A stretch of DNA of 64,000 nucleotides from Eledone cirrhosa (Eukaryota). The stretch lies in contig OZ024745.1 in assembly GCA_964016885.1 (NCBI GenBank), forward strand, positions 37,882,001 through 37,946,000, written 5' to 3'. The notes below the pieces were generated by a model. The model was not told the origin of the DNA and did no database searches. It worked only from the letters and a program-made list of their open reading frames with translations. Shown here piece after piece: positions 17,078 through 28,234 of the stretch (positions are counted from its first letter, which is position 1; every line of letters starts with the position of its first letter). Position numbers and translations under genes: made by a program.

Positions 17078-19145
17078 CTGGAAAGAAAATTGCATAACTT
17101 GAGATGACAAATTTATATTCTCTCTCGTTAATTAGTATGCTCACAAAATTTTATCCTCCTCAAGATGAGAAGAATAAATTTTGTTTTACGCCCAGACAAA
17201 TTAGCTTTGTGAGGTCTCCCAGCTAGAATTTACTTTGTACAATTAAGTTTAACTGTTTATCTCTAGATATCGATATTTTTGATCCTGGGGGTTCTCGGTT
17301 CAAGTTGGGAAGAAATATTCTTAGGAATTTTAGAGTAGAGTATAAATGTTTTATGGGGGAGAAAAGGAAATAATCATTCAGAGAGAAAGGGCCGAATTAA
17401 AGATTTTAACCGTAAAGAGCTGAACAGAAATACTGTAATGTATTTTAATCCAGCACATTGCATATTGTTATATCCCTTCACGCTTACATCTAAGTAAAAT
17501 TTTAATAATTTCTACGTCGAATGATTAAAAAACATTATTAATTATGGAAGATGAAATGAAAAGCTGATTTCAGCAGGATTTGAATAAACAAAATATTAAA
17601 TGCTAAAAGTAAATAATATTGAAAATATTATTTTATCACTAGAAAATTACAGAGTTAATCATGTAAAACTTAAATTATTAATATGCCGAAAACAAATTAT
17701 TGTAGTGAGTGAAATGGTTGCAACAAATGGAAGATATTATAATTGCTTGCAGGCAATGTTAATCAAGCGTAAAGAATAATTAATTCCGTCCAAGTTTTCA
17801 TATATGATTTTAAAAAAAGCAAAAAAACAAAAAAACAAACGAATATTGTATTTGATTTAAAGTATTATGAATTGTTAACTATAATATTTAAACGGTTAAT
17901 TTAAAACATTATTATCAATGTCATGTATTTCTCCGATATGTAAACTTTCTGCAATACATTAACATGACACTATCAGCTGCCCTTAGAACAGAATGGATTC
18001 ATTGGTTTCGACGTGGAGTGTTTCGATTGTTTGATAAGTGGAGAACCCTGATAGAGAAATTAATGTATAAATGATTGAGTATTCCAGAGAGGTGTGTACC
18101 ATTAACGTAATATTTAGAGAGATTCAGCGTAACAGTGTGTGTTAATGCTGATCCTAAGCTTCCAAGCATTTTCCGTCTATCCAATTTCAGTCACATGGAT
18201 TACACATATACATGATGCAATTTCACTTGATCGATGGGATCGAACTTGTGACCTTATGATTGTGAAGCAAATTTCTTTAATATTTTCCGTTTGAATGAAA
18301 TGATTATCCTCTCTTTACTTGTCCCGTAACTCCTGATTGATTCGTAGGGGGATTATCATAATATACACCGTTTCCTGGGCATTTTAAGCCTGGCGGAGCC
18401 CCTCTCCTCTCCAGAATACAGTAGTTTTTCTTTTCCAGAGAAGGGCAGAGAGTGAGAGAATAGAAGTGTGAAAAGGATATAGAGGATGAATCTAGCCCAA
18501 TACTAGATCTTTACTTTTTTAACGACCTCTAAAGGATGACTGGCAACATTGACCTCGGCGGGATTTGCACTCAGAGAGAAGACAGCTTGGACGAATACTA
18601 CATAGTATTCTATTCGATGTTCTAAAGCTGCTGTCAATTTGCCGGCATCATGCTATGAATTTATCCTATTCATATGCACATTTAAGGTGATAGACTTAAT
18701 TTGTCACTTGGTTTAATTCCAGCACCATTCTCCTAGGTCACTTTCGCGGAATCTACTTTATTGCAACATGTCGGGATATGTCCCTAGTTTCAATATAACC
18801 TTTTCTCTTCCTCCTGCCTGTGTAAGGGACCCTGAAAAGCGTCATGGATTCTGCTACTCTGACTTGGCCATGAAAAAGAAACAACTGTTTATATGATGTA
18901 CTTTAAACATCATTTATATATATAAACACTAAGTCTGATTTGATATACAAGATAGCCTTATAAAATAGCATATTCACATTTTTGCCGAAATCCATTTTTT
19001 ATTGTAGACGTGAAATGGTTTTAACTGGGAATTGAAATCATGTTTTGTGTATTCCTAGATCCTCAGTAGCTTACTTTTAATCTAATGTACATAGGGCCCA
19101 TGGTTTACGTAATTTAACGCAAAGATAGAAAGAAATAATACGTAC

Positions 19146-19217
19146 AACTCTTTTAAATTTTGAAAGCCTTGTAGAGAGGATTTGTTCAAATATGCAATAT
19201 GATTGGCTGATAGGTCC
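19146..19217 (-). CDS. LRR exon 1 (72 nt, phase 2-2)
   Basis: Acceptor ctgcAG, donor GTACGT; encodes (L)DLSANHIAYLNKSSLQGFQNLKE. Confidence 0.88.
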
Positions 19218-20272
19218 CTGCAGATGAAAAAAAGAAAGATACAGCATAAAACATGAAAGGTGTAATATAAATATAGAATAATTTAATGTATAGTTTCTAA
19301 TTTATGCGCAAGGCTAACACATTGATAGGAAGGGAAAGCCGAGGAATTAAACCTGCTACTTATACATTAGATTATCGATCCACCTCTAAAAGTGTTAATA
19401 TCGACTGGATTTGAGCTCAGGATGTTTTGATGTATTACACTTGCATCCACAACATATCGTATTCTATGAATTCCTATGACAATTTACGAAATCTGAGACC
19501 TGATTTTTAAGTCACAGAACATAATAGTTTCTAATTTAGGCACAAGTCGAACAAATTAAGAGAAGGGTCGATTAAATATACCCCATTATCGAGCGGACCT
19601 TTATATTATCGACACTTCAAGGACGAAAATATCGATGAAATAAAAGGAAATTAAAGGGCAACTACCACAAAGCATTTTATCAGTTCTAATAATTCTGCCA
19701 ATCATTTGCCATTTTCTTTATATCTAATACCATCTTTGGCTGCTCGCGCCAGATCTGCTTTGATTGTGTAGATCTTTAGTCACCGTGGTTCTAGCCATGG
19801 TCATTTTATTAGGTTTAGAAGTGTCTAAGTCTAAACTAACCAATCTATCATTTCCCCAGATTTAAAGAACGTGGGATATAATTTGAAATATTTTTGGCTG
19901 CTACGTTTAATGCATTGAGTGACCATGTAAAGACCTTCTACAATAGTCATCTCAAACTACAATGTCGAATCCCGTTTGGTCATCCCACTCGATGCAGCCT
20001 TGGTTATTGGCAATTAGCTGAACCCACACTTTCCAGTTCTGAGCACAGACAATTATAGAGAATTTGAAAGAGAAAAGGGGAGAAATATTTAGACGGAGCA
20101 AGAGAAATTGAGAGAGAGCGAGAGTGTGAGAGAGTGAGCGGTAGAGAGATGGACGAAGTGTGGGAGAGAATGTGCCAATTTGCCGTCTTATATATGAACA
20201 CGTATATTGTATGTTATAGGAAATAATATTTTCAAAGACTTTTCGCAATGGAGAAAAATATGACATACTTAC

Positions 20273-20369
20273 AGAGTAACTACCGTTATTGGAATAGTAT
20301 CAGGAACTTTCTGAAGACCAGCATTTACACAATACCAGAATTTGTCTTCTTTACACTCACAGAATTCGT
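20273..20369 (-). CDS. LRR N-terminal cap (LRRNT) exon (97 nt, phase 1-2)
   Basis: Acceptor aatacAG, donor GTAAGT; encodes (D)EFCECKEDKFWYCVNAGLQKVPDTIPITVVT(L), matching the CxC...C...LxxVP cap pattern. Confidence 0.88.
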
Positions 20370-20826
20370 CTGTATTATGAAAGGACAAATTTGAAAACAA
20401 GATTTCTTTCATAAACATTCTTCCTATATATAATTATAATAAGGAGTAGAAACGTGGTATCAAAATAACATCCTTATGTATATTCACATCACCAAGCGAA
20501 CCCATTTAGGCATCGTGTGCTGAAACAGGTGATCCAATCGTAACTTAAAGTTACATACTATATATAAAGTGAGGAATCAAAACGCTACATAACTGAATTC
20601 TGTAGAAATCACTTTATATTGGGAAAATAATAAATATTTGCACCTCATTTGTTTCATTTACATGCATTTGTTTCATTTACAATACCTAACAAAAGTAACT
20701 CGTTCATACAAAATAATAAATCATATTTGATATATTCAAAAACGATTTTAAAAATATAGATACGTTTTCAGAAATAAAAATGATTATCTATTTAGTTTTG
20801 CACTAAACGTTGTTTCTCTGATTACC

Positions 20827-20857
<31 letters not shown>

Positions 20858-20968
20858 TAATTTAATATATCTACTAACATAAGCGCACAGATGTACGCTA
20901 TTGCCAGCAAATACACAGGTTATGTCATAGTACCTAGGTGGTTCAATGCAGGAGGATGCAGAACAATA

Positions 20969-21114
20969 ATATAAAAGACGTAAAATAAGAAAATTAAAAA
21001 AAAAATTTTAAAAAAATTAACTTACTTACTTAAATTTTCACTCCATAGTTGGAGTGAAAATTTAAGTAAGTAAGTTAATTTTTTTAAAATTTTCTTATTT
21101 TACGTCTTTTATAT
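20969..21114. repeat. Fold-back palindrome with a 4-nt loop; tail 20856-20968
   Basis: ttttcactcca-tagt-tggagtgaaaa centre; arms match except for an A-run insertion; flanked by (TA)n. Confidence 0.88.
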
Positions 21115-21129
21115 ATATATATATAATGC

Positions 21130-22120
21130 CAAATACAAGTACTTTTCTGTGAATTGCTTTTCAAATTTTCATCTAGATATTTTGGGTGGTGGATTATTTT
21201 CTCACATATTACTTTATGTCATGTGTTATATTCTACATTTGCTGTCTTTTGTGGCTTATGTATTTTTCTGAAGGGATACAACTGCTTGCATTATTGGTGT
21301 CGCTTATGCAAAAAAGAACATATCCCATTACAAGGGACGTAAATCTGGTTTGACTATGAATTACGTTTGCAGTGAGTTTAGTTTGGCTCTGAGAATGGTC
21401 ATAAAATAAGTTTCCTTGCTGATTCGTTGTTATTCCGGTGTCGAATTGATGGAAAGGAAAAATATGGAAAGGGAAAATATGGAAATTTGACAAGATTTGT
21501 TATCCGCATTCCTCTATATGTTTTCTAAGAGGTGTGGTGTATGATTCCCTAATTTATTCTGTCATCGTTTGTTGAGTTGTGAGACGTTTTTGTATAATGT
21601 AGCATTCTTGGCAACCTTGACATGTTACACAGTATATTAAATTTTGTGAGTTACACGATAAGTCGTTTTTACTTTTGAAAATGTTCTTCTCTGAAATAAA
21701 GTGCAGGCCATAATACGTAGCTGCATTCTCAGTAGTTAGGTCGGTTGTATTTTCTGACATCAGGCTCCTTAATTAGGTTTTAAACCTTTGCATTCGTCAG
21801 TGTCTTTTTTTAGTAACTTTGGCTGAATTTTACTCCCTATAATTGGATATTTCAGTAAAGAAATTTCACTTTCTTGCCTTAAGCAGAATAGGTGTTCTTT
21901 TGATTAAAAGTTGAAATATATTGTATAATCCTTTTTTTTTTAAATATTTGTTTTTGTTTCCCGGAGCTCCCGCAAGCTAATTTGACTTGCTTTTTAATAC
22001 TATTGTTGATTAAATTCACTTGATGAGTACATGTTTCATTTATTCGAGTGCCTAGTCTCATAATGTTGGGGTTAAGACTTTGTGCAGATTTGATTAGTTA
22101 AGTTTTTGGAGGATATACTT
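21130..22120 (-). mobile_element. Degraded Neptune-like Penelope GIY-YIG region
   Basis: LSCNSQNLIYCVTCQGCQECYI followed by FHIFPF; many stops. Confidence 0.6.
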
Positions 22121-23303
22121 ACGGGGTGTGTTGCATAAGAAAATATAAATAGGAGGAATTGTCGGGAGAATGCAGGTTGTAAATATAGTTATATTATTTG
22201 AAACATGGTTGAGTATATACAAACCATCTCGTGGGAAGTTACAAATGTGTTTGAAGAGAGGTTTCAGTAAGATAAATGGGAAGTTACTTAAATGATTTCA
22301 TGCAAATCGGGCCTTCTCAAATAGGCCTTTGTTTTAACTCGAATGGTGAGCATATATTCACACAATTGGTGTTCCCCTTTTCTCATAACTCATAGATTAG
22401 TTTGTTCTTGTTTATTTTCCGTAGACCAAAGACGCGACTTGTTTTATATAAAGATTGGTGAGAAAGTTGAATTATCTATTGGTTAGACAATTTCACTGTG
22501 CCGAATTAAAAAAAACAAACTAGCATAGGTTCGTGCTTCTAACCCCAAAATGAATTAAAAACAACTAATACTTAACATAGCCCCATAACATCCAAGCTGT
22601 CACCCTAAAAAATATATCTGATAGTTTCGGACCATAATATAATAAAGCATACTTACATAGCGTCTTCAAATCCCCACAAAATAAATCTTGGGATAGACAC
22701 TGAAACATTATTTGCTTCGCAAAATCTTTCTCGTGAGATGTATAAACTAACGTAGGTAAAACATGTTTTGAATTAATTAACACAAATTTCTTCCCATAGT
22801 TCAGGTACAATAAAATCTTCAGCAGGCACTCCATAAAAATAAATATTTATATTCGAACGTGAGAATTATCACGTGATTAGCGTCCTACAGAGGGGATAAT
22901 TCTTCCGAAATTATCATTGGTAGTGGACAACTCTGGAACTTTTTGTTTGAAAATGTCCTTGGTGATTTGAGATTTTCACATCTCATAATGCTGAGTTTTA
23001 CTCAATGAAAGTGCAGTAGGTACGCGATAAGTGAATAGTTAAAATATTTCTTTATCTTATTTTCGTTTCCCAAATATATATAAATGTATATATATATATA
23101 TATACACACATAAACACACACACATAACCACACACACACACGCACGTACGCACACACACCCATACAGGCTAATACGCATATATGTGTGTGTGTGTGAGTG
23201 TGTTTGGGATATACATGAAACATATATGGCCGTTATCGACTGACATTTTGAAATATGAAGAGTTTATAAATGGTTTATTGCCCAGGGAATTGTGGGTAAT
23301 TAC

Positions 23304-23390
23304 CTGTGCACTTTTCCTTTGATAATTGATGAGATTCCTCGTTTCGCTTACCCCATAAATTGTTCCACATATTGTCATCTAATTCATTAT
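23304..23390 (-). CDS. LDLa-LRR linker exon (87 nt, phase 1-1)
   Basis: Acceptor gttgtttcAG, donor CAG|GTAATT; encodes (D)NELDDNMWNNLWGKRNEESHQLSKEKCT; joins both flanking exons in frame and supplies the first LRRNT Cys. Confidence 0.8.
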
Positions 23391-23503
23391 CTGAAACAAC
23401 AAACCAAAAATTGCTTTTTATATAGCCAAATACATACATATATATATATATATGCATAAATACAGATGTATCTGTTTCCATACACTTACGCAAAACACAC
23501 TTA

Positions 23504-23648
<145 letters not shown>

Positions 23649-24325
23649 GGTACTGGTAAATATTACTATCCTTTCATGACTAAGTCTCATAGCAAATATA
23701 CTATTATTCAGATTGATGTGATTGGAGTGAAGGTTTTCTCTCGAACGACTGGTTATATTAACATTTTCTTCTTTATGTGTGTGCATTGTATTGTCGTACG
23801 CACACAGACACACACTTACTTCAAAAGTACGTTTCCATTTTTCTCATACTTTAAACCATCCTTCTCATATGAATGTGAAAAATCATTATCAGGAAATTTT
23901 GTTTGGTACGTCACTGATACATTTTGCCGGCTGATCCACAGAGTAAACAACTTATTCTTTCGTAATTCTATTAAATGTTTGTTACATTTGCGCAAGTCGC
24001 ATTATATACACTGCCTCTAAACCAATAACTAATTCTAAAACATACAGGTAAAAGGTGTATACTCCACCAAACAGATTTACGCTAAGAAATACAGTAATAT
24101 AATCTACTAAAATCGCTCAGTTAATAAGAGTAATAGTGATATCACTACAAAACACACCCATGATTTCCAACAAATGTATTACGGCGTAGCTTTTTTACTT
24201 ACACACACATGCACAGATACACTCATACATAGATGTGAACACATTGTTTGCTTAAAGAATTAATCTGTGCTAATAATAAATCTGTGCTAATAATATGACT
24301 ATATATATATGTATATATCGACAGT

Positions 24326-24523
24326 CGATCGACTTTCGTCAAATCGGACCGAGGAAACAATGTTTCCATTGGTCTTTCCAATTGCTAATACTATCTATCG
24401 GTCGCAACTCCAGGTAGAAGGAGCAACGTGAAATAAAGTGTCTTGCCCAAGAACACACCGCATCGCCCGGTTCGGGAATCGAACTCACAACCTCACGATT
24501 GCGAATCCAGTTCTCTAACAACT
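24326..24523 (-). mobile_element. tRNA-derived SINE, inverted partner of 25470-25681
   Basis: Reverse complement aligns along its length with 25484-25681; B box GAGTTCGATTCC. Confidence 0.85.
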
Positions 24524-24590
24524 ATATATATACCGAAGCTTAGAAGTCGGGATCCTGAATTGAAAGAGCTTGGATAGACTATATATATAT

Positions 24591-24620
<30 letters not shown>

Positions 24621-24622
<2 letters not shown>

Positions 24623-25005
24623 CAATATTAAATAAATGGAAAACTATATTTATAAAACCATATCTATTTCATTATATATATTTCGGGGATATCATATTAA
24701 CAATATGCTATGCCTTCATCAGACAAAATACAATATAAACAGTTTTATAGATAAATATATTCGACATACCGTAATAAACATCAACTTCATTTGAAGAGGT
24801 TTACGCTAGCAGACTGCTAGCGTAAACCTCTTCAAATGAAGTTGATGTTTATTACGGTATGTCGAATATATTTATCTATAAAACTGTTTATATTGTATTT
24901 TGTCTGATGAAGGCATAGCATATTGTTAATATGATATCCCCGAAATATATATAATGAAATAGATATGGTTTTATAAATATAGTTTTCCATTTATTTAATA
25001 TTGTA
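24621..25005. repeat. Apparently perfect 192-bp-arm palindrome (centre 24813) made of a Penelope 3' end; tail 25006-25093
   Basis: gctagcag-a-ctgctagc centre; outer part of each arm is homologous to the terminus of the element at 28231-30943. Confidence 0.95.
24897..24960 (+). ncRNA. Type I hammerhead ribozyme (mirror copy on the minus strand at 24666-24729)
   Basis: Stem I ATTTTGT/ATGAAAT (G-U pairs), CTGATGA at 24904-24910, extended stem II, GAAA at 24942-24945, minimal TA-rich stem III. Confidence 0.75.
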
Positions 25006-25089
25006 AATATACTCCAAATATTTGTCGAGTGCTTTTATATCAGTTATAAATATTTACTAGTTGTAACCCAACAATTTTAAATATAACTT

Positions 25090-25139
<50 letters not shown>

Positions 25140-25226
25140 TCCTCTTCTTCTTCTTCTTCTTCTTCTTCTTCTTCTTCTTCTTCTTTCAATTCAGGGATCC
25201 TGAATTGAAAGAACTTTGATAGACTA

Positions 25227-25310
<84 letters not shown>

Positions 25311-25395
25311 GTCTATCAAAGTTCTTTCAATTCAGGATCCCTGAATTGAAAGAAGAAGAAGAAGAAAAGAAGAAGAAGAAGAAGAAGAAGAGGAA
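25140..25395. repeat. Inverted repeat centred on (TA)n, with (CTT)n/(GAA)n ends and an internal hairpin
   Basis: ttctttcaattcagggatcctgaattgaaagaactttgatagac-(TA)n-reverse complement. Confidence 0.85.
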
Positions 25396-25469
25396 GTGAT
25401 TACAGAGAAAAATATAAAGTGAAGAAAATATAAAGAGAAGAAAATATATATATATATATACAAAGTGAA

Positions 25470-25681
25470 GGCGCATGGCTGATTGGTTAGAGAATTGGAT
25501 TCACAAACTTGAGGCTGTGAGTTCGATTCCTGGACCGGGTGATGCGTTATGTCCTTGAACAAGACACTTTATTTCACGTTGCTCTTTCTACCTGGAGTTG
25601 CGACCGATAGATAGTATTAGCAACTGGAAAGACTGACTAAAACATTGTTTCCTCGGTCCGATTTGACGAAAGTCGAGCGAT
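25470..25681 (+). mobile_element. tRNA-derived SINE
   Basis: GGCGCATGGCTGATTGGTTAG A box and GAGTTCGATTCC B box, followed by a non-tRNA body. Confidence 0.88.
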
Positions 25682-26093
25682 CCTTTTATATATATATTCA
25701 TTTATGTTTTGTAGTTCACCAATAGATAGAACAGGTCATTCCGTTTTTGTTACTCATGATTTAATAGTAGGAAAACACTCTACATTATGCAACTCATCCA
25801 TCGTTGATGTTGAATCCCGTGTCTGGTGAAGGAACAGAGTTAAATATTAAATTTATTGAAATAAGAGGAAGCCGTACTGGTAATATTCTTTTAAAGTTTT
25901 ATTGTTGCAAAAAGCTCTATATACATTTCAATGCAAGGTTCTGATGACATCATAGGAATCGGATTGCATAATAAGTTAAAATCCCGCCGAGGTTAACTTT
26001 GCCTTTCATCCTCACGAGTTCGATAAAATAAAGTACCAGTAATGCACTGGGATAATTGTCGGCCTTGTGCCAAAAGTAGAAATAATGATAAGT

Positions 26094-26237
<144 letters not shown>

Positions 26238-26329
26238 GAGACAGATTAACTTATTATTATTTCTACTTTTGGCACAAGGCCGACGATTATCACAGTGCAT
26301 TACTGGTACTTTATCACGCACACACCCAA

Positions 26330-27707
26330 CGGTACATATATACACGCACTCACGCTAACCACACACCCTACTACGACCACTAACCCTCACCCACACATTC
26401 ACTCCCACCACCCCACAACTAATACCACTAACACGCCCTGACCCCACGCATACGAACACACACACACACCCACACCCACTTACACCACCCACTCTACACA
26501 CACTACCACCACTAACCCCCACTAACACACCCGCATTCAACCCTTTCCCCACCACCAGCATACTAACACCCACTAATACCCCCTTCACCACACACACACT
26601 CATCCAAACACGCACACACACACACACCAGTACACTACACTCCCTCCACCGACCTCCACACCTTTCTCTCCCTATCCCTCTCCCCGCTCACCCACACCCC
26701 TTCACACACACACACACATCCCACTAACACCTCTACTAATACACACACCCTCCCCACTCCACCTTTCACACCTACCCATCCTCTCCCCTGTCCACCGCAC
26801 CTCCGCACACACTGACACACCGACTTCCTCCACCTGCCATTCTCCCCTACTGCTGCCATGCCCTGACCCTCTGACCACCTCTCCGCACACACAGACACAC
26901 AACCCTCCTCCTGCCTGACCCTCTGACCACTTCCTGTTGCGCGCGCACCCCACATCTCCCCTCTTCCGACCAACCCAACCACAGATTACACACATTGGAC
27001 ATCGCTCCCACGAATCAACTCCATCACAAGGAAAATAACCGGCAACCCACCACACCCTCTACGGAACTACCTTAGGAACTTACCCACGGACATACACTCA
27101 AACAAAATTGTTTTCCCACACGCCACCTACATCCACAATACGTATAAACACCACACACACGTACGTACCACCACACATTTACACACTCAGCCTCCGGAAT
27201 CCTCTCCCCCCTCCCCACCCCTCTGACCACTCCCAATCCACACACGCACACACACACAAACCTACAACCCACCCCATACAACCTTTTCCTGAACATGGCA
27301 CCCCGTTTTTCCCCCAACTCTCACACTCACATACACACTCACACGTACACCTACACACACCACCTTCAGCCCTCCCCGCTTCGACACCCCGCCTCCCTCT
27401 CCCCACTCTACCCGCCACCACCCCTACACGCCCCACACCCTTCCACCACTTGTTTATCTTCATGTTTATTTTTATTTTTATTATGTTTTATATTTATTTT
27501 CATTTGTACCGTTTCCTCTCACCCCCTTTTTTCTAAATGTCTCTCCCCACTCCCCTCACACCCTTGGAACTCTCTTCCCACACACTTTTCGCCTGAAGAA
27601 GGGCTTATGCCCAAATCGTCATTCCCCAGCACCACCGCACTCTCAAGAGCGTGAAACTAATAAACCTTTGTTCGTACTGCCTCTCTGTTTTGTTCCCGTT
27701 CCATTTT

Positions 27708-27712
<5 letters not shown>
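26330..27712 (+). mobile_element. Probable Penelope-type 3' UTR/terminus, strongly C/A-skewed, with a degenerate hammerhead at 27593-27620
   Basis: CTGAAGA-A-GGGC-TTAT-GCCC-AAA (G of GAAA missing), AATAAA at 27659-27664, ends at (TA)n. Confidence 0.4.
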
Positions 27713-27768
<56 letters not shown>

Positions 27769-27773
<5 letters not shown>

Positions 27774-28143
27774 TAAACGGAACAGAAAATGCTGACAAAT
27801 TGTTCACAGTTGAAAAATGGTTTAATTAGGAATAAAAGAGTATTAGTGATTGTATGGGTCAGTATTCAGTTGTGGTTTTAAGTTTTTAAGCTTTTACCGG
27901 TTGCGCATTTCTAAATGCTTTTCAAAAATAATTTTGAGATAGAGTGTCCGTGCTGTTTGCTCGGACACTCTATCTCAAAATTATTTTTGAAAAGCATTTA
28001 GAAATGCGCAACCGGGAAAAACTTAAAAACTTAAAACCACAACTGAATACTGACCCATACAATCACTAATACTCTTTTATTCCTAATTAAACCATTTTTC
28101 AACTGTGAACAATTTGTCAGCATTTTCTGTTCCGTTTACCAAT
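27769..28143. repeat. Fold-back palindrome, ~180-bp arms, 11-nt loop; ~34-nt tail at 28149-28182
   Basis: gagtgtccg-tgctgtttgct-cggacactc centre; about two mismatches; (TA)n on both sides. Confidence 0.93.
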
Positions 28144-28177
28144 ATATAATAACTTGTGTGTTACACCTCTATTCTTT

Positions 28178-28230
<53 letters not shown>

Positions 28231-28234
<4 letters not shown>

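Noticed and set aside
25470-25545. tRNA gene
   Set aside because: A/B boxes are present but there is no intact cloverleaf, and the sequence continues into a repeated SINE body.
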